NCBI GenBank assembly: GCA_964016885.1
Contig: OZ024742.1
Location: forward strand, 127,286,001-127,350,000
Direction: 5' to 3'
DNA: 64,000 nt
From: Eledone cirrhosa
Taxonomy: Eukaryota
Under the pieces are notes generated by a model. The model searched no databases. It was not told the origin of the DNA and saw only the letters and a program-made list of their open reading frames with translations. Position numbers and translations under genes: made by a program. Shown piece after piece: positions 53,086-64,000 of this stretch (position 1 is the stretch's first letter; the number at the start of each line of letters is the position of its first letter).

Positions 53086-53277
53086 GGGCGGTGAATTGGC
53101 AGTATCGGTAGAGGGTTGGACGCCATGTTTTCTAGCATAGTTACGTCCCTTTACAGTGTGAGTTCAAATCCCGCCGAGGTTAACTTTGCCTTTCATCCTT
53201 AGGGGTCGATAAAATAAAGTACCAGTAATGTACTGGGTAATTGCTAACCTTGTGCTTAAAGTAGAAACAATTATTAC
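53086..53277 (+). mobile_element. Full-length tRNA-derived SINE (intronic)
   Basis: GGCGGTGAATTGGCAGTATCGG...GAGTTCAAATCC...core...GTAGAAACAATTATT. Confidence 0.92.
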
Positions 53278-53509
53278 TACTCGTTCTAGTTTCTTTTTTC
53301 GTTTTACATGCCATCTGTGAGACCTAGCGTCCTAAGATTTTATCACACCACTTTTTCCCATGTTTTTCTCTTACACTGGTCTTTGAAATTCAAACGTTTC
53401 AACCTGGAGTGCCTGAAATTTGGAGGAAATCCCTATTCAATCCCATACTCCCGGAGAAACTTTTATCTATTGCCAAATGTCCCGTTAAATAATTTGTTTT
53501 CTCTTTCAG

Positions 53510-53883
53510 GTTTTGAAAATATCGAAACACCATGTTCTGGAAATTTAGTAAACTCAAGCGGACCACCACACTGCAAAATGCCAAATGTCTGCAGTCGAAA
53601 AGCTATTGAAAATGAAGATATATATTTTCCTTACACAGACCCCAGAATATTTGTGAAGTGCTTGGACACCTATAAATATTATATAATGTCTTGTCCACCA
53701 AAGTTTGCTTGGTCCCAGTCTACTGATGCCTGTGTTCCCGTGGACTCCGGGAACGACAATAAAGCTTATCAATATTCACGAGACACTGGTGGTTCCTCAA
53801 TTATTGTCAACAGCTGGCGGTTGATTTGGCTCTCTTTATCGATATATTTTATTGGTTTATACCAACAATTCCAACTTATTTGA
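53510..53883 (+). CDS. Terminal exon: chitin-binding type-2 (peritrophin-A)-like domain plus hydrophobic C-terminus
   Basis: Acceptor TTGTTTTCTCTTTCAG; C..YFPYTDPRIFVKC..YIMSCPPKFAWSQSTDACV; tail SSIIVNSWRLIWLSLSIYFIGL; AATAAA at about 53911, 53976 and 54079. Confidence 0.75.
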
Positions 53884-54485
53884 TTTGTCTTTGGCTTTAC
53901 AAAACTATGTAATAAACCTATTAATCTTCATAAGTCCTCTACGGCATAGAAATGTAAATGAAAATCAGAATATTCAATAAACCAATATTTATCGTTATTT
54001 TGTATCATGTCATGGAAATACTTCACAAGATTTGTATAAATGAACATATTTAATTGGTTTCCTTCTATAAATACATGTAATAAATACAATTTGGTGGGTG
54101 GGGGTCATAAATAGAGTATTTTGTAAGCTGGAAATGTCTAAATAGTTTATATCAAATAAAATTAAATGCTTTTATCAATCTATCAACACATATAAAGCAT
54201 TATGTTTATCCGAGATTTCTTTAAGTTTGTGTATCATACTTTCGGTATTTGCCTTATCATCCTTATATAGCAAATGGAATGACATCAATAGGTAAATTAG
54301 AATTAGCACTAATATAGCATTATAGGGGTGTATATGAAAGCATACAATGTATGTTTATATATAATAAACATACGTGAGTCTCACTATGAATGTTTTAAGC
54401 CGTGGCTGTCATAGAAGCCGGTGAGAATGTCAGGCAGTTGATTCATACACAAAAACCATATATGCTTTAGCCCATTCTTGTCTAA

Positions 54486-54526
54486 GTCGCTGATGAAAGA
54501 TAAAAATCCAGAAACAGCTGTCTGGC
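54486..54526 (+). ncRNA. Minimal hammerhead motif (GUC site), partly decayed, inside an inverted-repeat element (about 54329-54638)
   Basis: GTCG-CTGATGA-aagataaaaatcca-GAAA-CAGCTG-TC-TGGC. Palindromic stem III; weak stems I and II. Confidence 0.7.
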
Positions 54527-55019
54527 ATTCTCCTCGGCTACTGAAATAGCTGTGACATAATCACATTTCAAAAACTTCATAGCGAGACCCTCATGTGTTT
54601 ATTATACATAAATATATCGTCTATGCTTTCATATATATCACTATTACCAATAGATAAAGTCATTAATCCAAATTGTAGTTATTTCTGCAAATTTCTCATA
54701 TAATTTCTGTATAACCGCAGAGAATAAAATGAAGTGGAATAGATAGTTCGAAGCATAAGAATTTAGAAATATAAGATTTCATACATAGAATATAAATGAA
54801 ACATTCTAGATCAGCTTTATCAATTTCATCATAATTAAGAGTTCCTTTGGGCTGTACTGTCATTGTCAACTATTAGAGATTGACCTAGAAAGAAAAGCGA
54901 CTGATATGGCGAGCTTGTGATGATGATACCCAACATATATTCATGGATACTATAGATCACTAAACAGTCATGGAAGTGACTCTATCATTTCTCCACAAAT
55001 GAATGGGTAAATAAATAGT

Positions 55020-55657
55020 AATAATGATTTCTGATTTAAGCACAAGGCCAACAATTTGAGGGGAGTGGAAAGTCGATTAAATCGACCCCAGTGCATTACT
55101 GGTGCTTTATTTATCGACCCCGTAAGGATGAAAGGCAAAGCAAACCGCGGCGGGATTTGAACTCAGAACGTAACTCTATGTCACGAAGTATGTTGTCCGA
55201 TGCTCTACCGATTCTGCCAATCCACCACCCTAATAATAATGGTTTCTTATATAGGCACAAGGCCATCAATTTTGGGGGAGGGGAGGGGAAACTCGATTAA
55301 ATCGACCCCAGTGCGTGACTGGTACTTTATTTTATCGACCTCCGTAAGGATGAAAGGCAAAGTTAACCTCGGCGGGATTTGAACTCAGATCATAAAGGGC
55401 CGTAACTCTACGTTGCAAAGCATGGTGTCTGACGCTCTACCGATTCTGTCAACCCACCGCCCTGTTAATCATAATAATTGTTTCTACTTTTGGCACAAGG
55501 CCAGCAATTACCCAGTGCATTACTGGTACTTTATTTTATCGACCCCGTAAGGATGAAAGGCAAAGTTAACCTCGGCGGGATTTTGAACTCAGAATGGCAA
55601 GGGCCGTAACTCTATGCGTCAAAGCATGGCGTCCGACCCTCTACTGATACTGCCAAT
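55020..55657 (-). mobile_element. Three head-to-tail SINE copies
   Basis: The core TTTATCGACCCCGTAAGGATGAAAGGCAAAG and B-box recur at about 55110, 55330 and 55535. Confidence 0.92.
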
Positions 55658-55861
55658 TAATAAGAATAATTGTTTGAAACATAACTGCAATGTGTTCTTT
55701 TATCACTCAATAGGATCTTATTATCTTTGTCAAACATCTCGAGATAGGAATGGGAGAGTTACCTCCCTTGTACTCATGCATCTGTAAGCTATCAGAGTTA
55801 TGTCCCATTCACTTCTCAATGATAAGTGAAGTGATCTTTCAGCACACGTCTATATGTACAA

Positions 55862-56790
55862 TGGTCATCATCATCATCATCATCTTCTTCTTCTTCTTCT
55901 TCTCTCACCTTCCTGGGAGGGTCAGAGTCTTCAAACACGCCTTCCGAAGGGTCTTGTCAGAAGCAACCGTCTGCAACTGATCCAGCTGGATCCGCAAGCG
56001 AGACCAGCCAAGCTCATGGATGTTATCCATCTTGCTCGAGGTCTACACCTGGTTCTCCTATCGATTAGTTTTGCCCGTAAAATCTGCCCAGTCATTCATT
56101 CCTGTGACATTCTAACCACATGCCTATAGCATCGGAGCTGTGATCTTTCAATTCGGAGAAGTAGAGGCTCTACTTGGAATGACTCTCTGATCTCTGAGCT
56201 ATGCACTCTATCAAGTAACGTTACTCCGAAGACCCTTCAGAGGAACGCTATTTCGGCCGCTTGTATTCGCAATAGTATTCTTTCGGTCGTTACTCAAGAT
56301 TCATGACCATAGGTACGGGTTGGCACGAATACCGAATTGAAGATAGTGAGTTTGGCTTTTACACCTACCTCCCTTCTGATGAAAGAATGCTGAAGCTGGT
56401 ACAATTACTGAATCAGCTCCTTTAATTCTTGCACTTATGAACATGGTCCCGGTATACTTAAACCTCTCCACCCAGGTTTCCTTGAGTGGATGAGCGTTTC
56501 TGTCTTCGCAGCACTGATTTTTATTCCAGGTCTCGGCAGCAAACCTATCAAGTGTATGTCATCTACAAATGCCAACCGACTGATGCTTCACCCGCCAGTC
56601 TCGATACCGCTTCCACTCGGCTGCCCATGGAGTTTATGAACAGGAGAGCGACAGCACGCACTCTTGGCAGAGTCAAACACCTACATTGAATTATTTTGAT
56701 TTAGCACCATTTATCCAAACACAAATACTAGGAGACATCGGGGCAACAAGAAGCTGTCCATTGATCTCATACTCCTGCAGAAACTTCTGG
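55862..56790 (-). mobile_element. RTE-like LINE 3' remnant with (GAA)n/(GAT)n tail
   Basis: Homologous to 9410-9930 and to the reverse of about 10480-10600. Confidence 0.8.
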
Positions 56791-56896
56791 TGTCATCACT
56801 TTAATTGCTCTTGTGACCTCAGCCTCCGAGAGGTTAGTCATTGCTACCAGATACACCTCATGTACATCTTAAGACACTGTTGTGAGAAGAAATTAA

Positions 56897-58355
56897 CACC
56901 ATCACACCCTTTTGTTAATACTACCATCACACCCTGTTGTCAACACTACCATCTCACCCTATTACTGCCACCACCATCTCACCCTATTAGTGACACCACT
57001 ATCCTACTCTCTTGTCAACACCACCATCCTACCCTATTACTGACACCACAATCACACCCTGTTGTCAACACTACCATCTCACCCTATTACTGCCACCACC
57101 ATCTCACCCTATTAGTGACACCACTATCCTACTCTCTTGTCAACACCACCATCCTACCCTATTACTGACACCACAATCACACCCTGTTGTCAACACTACC
57201 ATCTCACCCTATTACTGCCACCACCATCTCACCCTATTAGTGACACCACTATCCTACTCTCTTGTCAACACCACCATCCTACCCTATTACTGACACCACA
57301 ATCACACCCTGTTGTCAACACTACCATCTCACCCTATTACTGCCACCACCATCTCACCCTATTAGTGACACCACTATCCTACTCTCTTGTCAACACCACC
57401 ATCCTACCCTATTACTGACACCACAATCACACCCTGTTGTCAACACTACCATCTCACCCTATTACTGCCACCACCATCTCACCCTATTACTGACACCACT
57501 ATCCTACTCTCTTGTCAACACCACCATCTCACCCTATTACTGACACCACCATCCCACCCTGTTGTCAACACCACCATCCTACCCTATTACTGACACCACC
57601 ATCCCACCCTGTTGTCAACACCACCATCCTACCCTATTACTGACACCACCATCCCACCTTGTTGTCAACACTACCATCCCACCCTGTGTCAACACCATCA
57701 TCTCACTCTGTTACTGACATCCCCATCTCACCCTATTACTGACACCACCATCCCACTCTGTTGTCAACACCACCATCTCACCCTATTACTGACACTACCA
57801 TCTCATCCTGTTGTCAACACCACCATCTCACCCTGTTGTCAACACCACCATCCTACCCTATTACTGACACCACCATCCCACCCTGTTGTCAACACTACCA
57901 TCCCACCCTGTGTCAACACCATCATCTCACTCTGTTACTGACATCCACATCTCACCCTATTACTGACACCACCATCCCACTCTGTTGTCAACACCACCAT
58001 CTCACCCTATTACTGACACTACCATCTCATCCTGTTGTCAACACCACCATCTCACCCTATTACTGACACTACCATCTCATCCTGTTGTCAACACCACCAT
58101 CTCACCCTGTTGTCAACACCACCATCACCTTGTTGTCAACACTACCATCTCACCCTATTACTGACACCACCATCCCACCCTGTTGTCAACACCACCATCT
58201 CACCCTATTACTGACACTACCATCTCATCCTGTTGTCAACACCACCATCCCACCCTGTTGTCAACAGCACCATCACCTTGTTATCAACAATACCATCACA
58301 CTCTGTTGTCAACACCACCATCACACCCTGTTGTCAACACCACCATCTCACCACC
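56897..58355. repeat. Minisatellite of about 22-25-bp monomers with a 125-bp higher-order repeat
   Basis: Monomers CACCACCATCTCACCCTATTACTGA and CACCACCATCCCACCCTGTTGTCAA. Near-identical ORFs recur at 57012, 57137, 57262 and 57387. Confidence 0.95.
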
Positions 58356-58399
58356 TAACATGTCACAATTATGCAATAATTGGTGGGAACCTTTCATTT

Positions 58400-59570
58400 T
58401 TCTCATGTTTCTCAGAATCATCTTGGGAAACATTGCCATGATCTTTGGCGCTGATTTTAGCCTAAATTCCAGTCTGGCATGACAGTATTTCTGGCTCTTG
58501 TATCCACAGTTTTCCAGTCACATGGAGCTGCAGATATACTTACTTTAATTTGACCATCATAGAAGCTCCCATCATTTACCTTCGCTCTCAGAATATCAGG
58601 AACCTCTCTTTCCCTCCCACCATGTGACACAATACTTTGTTATTCGGCTCCTGAAATTTAATATTGGCAGAGCTTTACTTTTTATTGGTTAAACCACTGC
58701 CATCACGGGCAGTACCTCACTCTTGGATCCATCTTTCCACTTCTCCCTCAATCTCATCCCTGGCTCCCCATTTTAGGGTATACTCATAACAAATTTTATT
58801 CCTCAATGTCAGAGGCTCTCACCTCCAGAACCACTCGACTGTCACACTCTGTCTGGAAATCTTTCATCTTCAGTTCTCTATACTTTTCTGTTACATGGTC
58901 TCTATACTTTTCTGCTACCCTACCCATGTTGACTGTAACACCTACCAGTTGGCTAATCCCATCCATAACCCATCACATCAACATAAACTACAATATAGTC
59001 AATGACAAGTGCTTGCACCATTATTTGCATTCCCTGTACTACCACCACCTCTTTACTGATGATGCCTCTACACATAACCTCCCTTCCATCAACAGCCCTT
59101 ATATTGCTCATCCCACTCTAGGTGTCAACCAACTTTCAGGTTACAAGGGTTGTTCTGCAGATCTTATCCATGTGGGCTATTGAACACCCAATCCACTACA
59201 GACAGCACCTCTATTTGCTTGTAAGAGTAGCAACTAGTGCAGTATCCCCCACCCAACTCCTCGTCCATTCTCCCTGGCTGCAATATCTGGTGATAGGACC
59301 TGCTTGATTACATCAGAAACATATTACCATAGGCTTTTTACTGTTCCTAATCATGTACAGACCTCAACATCTGAAACACTGTCCCTTAAACATCTGTCTG
59401 CACCTTCCACTACTACCAATTAACTTTGTAATCAGCTGGTCTATCTCATCTAACTCTAAATACAGTGCTATAAAACCATGAGACTCACCAAGTTGTTATC
59501 CCTTGCATCCTTCACTTCTTTATCCAGACATCTATGTCTTTTTCACCAGAAAATGCCCTGAGGACATCAC
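58400..59570 (-). mobile_element. Old, heavily decayed RTE-like LINE fragment
   Basis: Purine-rich minus strand with remnants such as VKDARDNNL and NYRFMLMWWVMDG; no intact frame. Confidence 0.45.
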
Positions 59571-60064
59571 TATTGTATCTTAATTTTGTTGACCTATCAA
59601 TCATAGAAGAAAATCAATGTCAAAATAGCTTGTGGTAGAAATGCAAATTACTTACCTTAGAGAGTCCTTGAATTCTTAGTTTCTTTATCTAACTGCGCAC
59701 CCAAGAATCACACACACACACACTGCAAGCCAGTGATTAGATTTTTTTGTGAGAGTCTGTTTCCCAGCTCAATGGCTCCCATATGAAAGAGGCACCCTCT
59801 TGATTCCTTTTGCTGATGTGGTATCTATTTTCTCTTTCACAACTATACAAACAGGTTGGCCATAACTATATTGATTAAATGCATTATTCAATCAACTATT
59901 TTATTGACATGACTCTATTGAAGAAAAGCTGAGTCTGTAGTGTATCAAATAGAAGATGAATTTGCCAAAAACTTATTTTCAAGTGGTTTTGTTGGAAGTA
60001 AATCACTTGAGTAGCACAGCTGGTTCTGGACATGAAACACTTCATATTATTTCCATAATGTGGA

Positions 60065-60205
60065 TTGGTAGGATCGATAGATAATTGGACAACATGCTTT
60101 GTTATCTCCCTTTATGTTCTGAGTTCAAATCTCACTGAGGTTAGCTTTGCCTTTCATCCTTACAGGTTCAATAAAATAAAATGCCAGTAACACACTGGGG
60201 TCAAT
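60065..60205 (+). mobile_element. Diverged SINE copy
   Basis: GAGTTCAAATC...TTGCCTTTCATCCTTACAGG. Confidence 0.75.
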
Positions 60206-60749
60206 TTAAGAAACCATCATTTACATTAACCCTTTCAAGGCTACAATAGCTGGAAACATTTTCAATGAGTATGAGAGCAATAACTAAGACTTCTAATAAA
60301 TAAAATCCCCCACTCCCTCCAACACATACATATATACTATAACACCTTTAATCATGAAAAGTACACAACTAAAATCTTCACCAACATTTCAAATACCATT
60401 TCATAACAGCCATACATCAATAAAATAACCAAAATGGATATATCTTCATTACACTAGGATTTAATGATTCTCAGAACACTAAATTAACAAAACTGTGATA
60501 CAGCCCCATCTAAACAGTCAATACACTGATTTCTCTTCTTGTCTTCTTCCTCAGAATTGAAACTCACACTTTTCCTATATACATTAGCCTACAATATATA
60601 GCTGCTGCTAACATTAAAGAAATGTTAATCCAGATCATGAAGGGGTAAAACTAAATACAGTTGGGTCTTTATTATGATTCTCCTATCATTCAGTCACTGG
60701 TATAATGGTTTCTCTCATTGGCATCAGATGAAAAATTTATAAAAGTATA

Positions 60750-61618
60750 TGAGGTGTGTCAGAGAAGAAGCAGGGACTAGGGTCACGCAAAAAAAAAAAA
60801 AAAATTTCAAATCCAAACTACAAGTTTGGAAATAAATAACCCTCAAATCTAACTCACTTGCTCATCCTTCTCCACCATGCCTCCAAGCCCTCCTGGAAGG
60901 ATTCTCTGCAGCACCGATGTCACATCCTTCTTGATGACTTCCATGTTCGGAAAACGGGTCTCCTTGATGACCTGCTTGAGCTTGGGGAGAAGGAAAAAGT
61001 CTAGTTCGGCTTCAAGACACTCAAGGATGTCCTGACACATCTGCATACACCGCTCCCTCAGGTCATCATTCAGCAGCTTTGGAACCATTTTTGCACAGAT
61101 CTTCCGCATGCCCAAATCTTTGGTGATAATCTTCCAAACACTGTCATGGTTCATGCCCAGGTCACTCGTGATCAGCCAAACAGTCAGCCGACGATCACCA
61201 CACACCACCTACCTCATGCGCTCAACATTGGCCTCAATCCTGCTCATTGAAGGCTTTCTGCTCCTGGGGTCATTTTCCACACCCTACGTCCCTCTTTGAA
61301 CCTTTTGTGTCACTCATAAACCCATGAGCACAACATCGTCTCATCTCCGTACACTTGCTGCAGTATTCCAAATGTTTCTGACAGAGTTTTTCCCAGCAGG
61401 ACCAGAAACTTCAGGTTGGTTTGTTGCTTTGTACCCATCGCACAACGGCCTAAAATTTAGGAGCTGTTAACAAAGGTACATGAAAAGAAACATATAATGG
61501 CTGCAGAGAGCTGAGATCACAGTTATATACTGCCCAGATATCACGGCACAAGGTGACGCAACCCGCTAATCCCTACCCCACTCATGGCTCACACAACACA
61601 CTTTTCTGGCACACCTCA
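60750..61618 (-). mobile_element. Internally deleted mariner DNA transposon with TIRs and TA TSD
   Basis: TA|TGAGGTGTGTCAGAGAAG ... CTTTTCTGGCACACCTCA|TA. Transposase remnants QQTNLKFLVLLGKTLSETFGIL, DLGMRKICAKMVPKLL and DFFLLPKLK; the catalytic middle is missing. Confidence 0.9.
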
Positions 61619-61679
61619 TAAAGCAACAGAATCAATCACAATATATATGACTAGAATTTATTTTATCTATTAGCATTAT

Positions 61680-61842
61680 AAGGATGGTGACTTGTTAGTA
61701 GAATTAGTTAAACATCGGACATGCTTTGTAGCATATAGTTACTGCCCTTTACATTCTGAGTTCAAATTCTGTCGAGTTTGACTTGGCCTTTTATCCATAA
61801 GGGATCGATAAAGTACCAGTAATGCACTGGGATCAATTCAAT
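61680..61842 (+). mobile_element. Diverged SINE copy
   Basis: CTGAGTTCAAATTC...GGCCTTTTATCC..GGGATCGATAAAGTACCAGTAATGCACTGGG. Confidence 0.75.
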
Positions 61843-62164
61843 CAACTTTCCCCTTCCCTTCCCTCAATCAACTTTCCCCTTGCCTTCAATTTTGGGAAAA
61901 TGAAAAACAAAATCAATCGGAAATATCGACCATGATAATATACCACATGCATTTGTATATTAACATATATCTGTAACTCTTTCAAATGTACACACACAAT
62001 GCATTTCTTATCTACAATAAGTTCATTTTCCAATCACAAGATATTGGGTTCTAACCCTACATTTGTCCCTGTAAATAATTATTTCTCCAAAATTACTCAT
62101 ACATTCCATCCTGTATGTCATGTGTACATATGAGTTCTCTTGATCCACTAATATATATATGTAT

Positions 62165-62745
62165 CTCATTACCGTTTAACATCCATTTTGCCACGCTGGC
62201 ATGGGTTAGACAAGTTATCCTGTTGTGAGCAATGCCAGGTCAGGTGACAATGTCTTGTTCATACAGAACTGATTCTGGCTTGGTTTCTACAGCTGGATGC
62301 CCTTCCTAGTGCCAACCTCATTTACAGTGAGTGCTGGTTTCTTTTTGCCGTGACACCTACACAACTACTTTACAGTGTGGGCTGGGTGATTTTTGTCATG
62401 TCACCTACATGACCACTTTATAGTGTAGGCTGTGAGCTTTTTGATCATGTTGCAATCATGACCACTTTACAGTATAGGCTGGAGGTTTTACTTGAATACT
62501 TCAGCTTGTCCACATGGGTGATGTATGGGAGCAGGTGGGGTGGGAGACTGCATAATATATATATGCTTCAGCTTCGGCCTGTGCCTGTGGGAAGTCGGAT
62601 CTTATATATATTATATATATATATATATCATCATTCATCATTTCATTTTACGTCTGCTTTTTCCCTGCTTGCAGTTGGATGCCCTTCCTAACACCAACCT
62701 CATTTACAGTGAGTGCTGGGTGCTTTTTTGCCGTGGCACCTCCAC
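62165..62745 (-). repeat. Two copies of a short interspersed repeat of a different family
   Basis: GGATGCCCTTCCTA..CCAACCTCATTTACAGTGAGTGCTGG..TTTTTGCCGTG at about 62295 and 62677. Confidence 0.6.
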
Positions 62746-64000
62746 GACACAAATATAATTTCAGCGAGATCATATTTCGGCTGTGGTAAAAAAACAAAGT
62801 GAAACGCAATTTTCGAGATATGCGACAAGCGCTCAATGGACTAAAAGAAGACCAGAGCAATTAACATACATTATAGAGGCCATACAAACTGAAAACGGCA
62901 GTCATGAAGCTATCAGCCACCGGAGCCAAAAAACAAAGCAAGCTAAACAGGTTAAACAAAAGAATTTACCTGGACCTCCTGGAAATTGATGGTATAATCC
63001 AGTGGGAGGTTTCTGTGACACCTAAATCAATTATATTGCCTGCTTTCATTGTAAGCTTTTGGTATAACGATCGAACAAGGCTGCCATTTCTTCAACAAGT
63101 ATTTTGTTCTCAGCCGGCGAGCGGGTTCCAATGCATTAGTAGTGTTGGAGTGATTACCCCACGTGTTTACCCTGCTAGGGAGGTAACCCCGGTTTTGGCG
63201 GATGGATTCAGAATGTGTAAAATTATTGCAAGAATTGCAAAAAACTGCTCAAATCGAATTAAGCTCTCGACCGGGTTGTTTTTAAATAAACTTAAGCAAT
63301 TAATCAGTCAATAGAATTGTCTAATAGAATTAACAAATTAATTGCTAGGCCCGGGAGATTAATACAAATATAATTTCAGCGAGATCGTATTTCAGCTGTG
63401 GTCAAAAACTAATATATATGTACAGCCACCGGAAATAACATGTCCTTACCAGTGAAATAAACAATTCTTCTATCTGCTTATGTAGCTACCTCACCCCAGT
63501 GAAACAAACAACCCTTAAGCCACCAAAATAAAACGCCTACGCAGCGGCTAAACATCAAACAATTATTTTTGTATAAATAGAGTGGTTCCAAACACTTTCG
63601 CCAGTCGACTTTTGACAGAGTCAGCTAGCATATCGTTGTTCCTCTCCTCTGCCACACCTGTCACTCACACACACCTTGTACCTCTGTATCGTCGCTTCAT
63701 GTATGAAAATAAATAGCTGACCGAAACTACATCTCTCGCCTTGATCGTCCTTTCAACTTCTTTCGTCTGTTCATCCTTATTGTATGCGATAACAGTCCTT
63801 TTAAGGGCTATTCTCAGATTCGATCAGAAGTAGTGACCAGACTCACTAACCACGTCATTACATATATATATGTATATAAGCATTTGTGAGTGTATGAGTA
63901 TGAGTGAAATATCAGGCAGTGGAAAGGAAAAAAATAAAAGATGAGTAATAAACAAATCAACCTTCACCATCACCAATATCTAGCATGAAAACCAACACCA

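Noticed and set aside
53086-53180. tRNA gene candidates at SINE heads
   Set aside because: A and B boxes are present, but there is no cloverleaf and they continue into the SINE core.
56686-58482. His/Thr/Pro-rich ORFs and a CRISPR-like look
   Set aside because: Tandem minisatellite with no unique spacers, regular stops, no cas genes and a eukaryotic context.
62755-63403. About 40-bp direct repeat (ACAAATATAATTTCAGCGAGATC..) around ORF 62904-63314
   Set aside because: No recognisable domain or termini, so it cannot be classified from this sequence.

Overview
This is AT-rich eukaryotic DNA that is almost entirely repeats. The tRNA-derived SINE with a Meta-type core and the (TA)n/(CATA)n/(CA)n microsatellites resemble octopod cephalopod genomes, which is an inference only. 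The window is a nested stack of decayed mobile elements: R4/Dong-type, CRE-type, RTE, CR1-like and Tx1/L1-type non-LTR retrotransposons, Penelope-like elements (PLEs), Helitrons, a mariner, foldback/MITE elements and about 11 SINE copies. The only credible host gene is two phase-compatible exons (52463-52742 and 53510-53883) encoding a chitin-binding-type-2-like domain with a hydrophobic, GPI-signal-like C-terminus. The most interesting signal is RNA-level: nine type-I hammerhead ribozyme motifs from five sequence families. Five lie in a 7.7-kb tandem-plus-inverted PLE insertion whose 3' UTR pairs a proximal hammerhead with a non-canonical GUG site (3 of 3 copies) and a distal one with a canonical GUA site (2 of 2 copies), suggesting an asymmetric single-cut double hammerhead. 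Most ORF-track entries are microsatellite or antisense artefacts. All family assignments come from motif recognition by eye; no searches were run.
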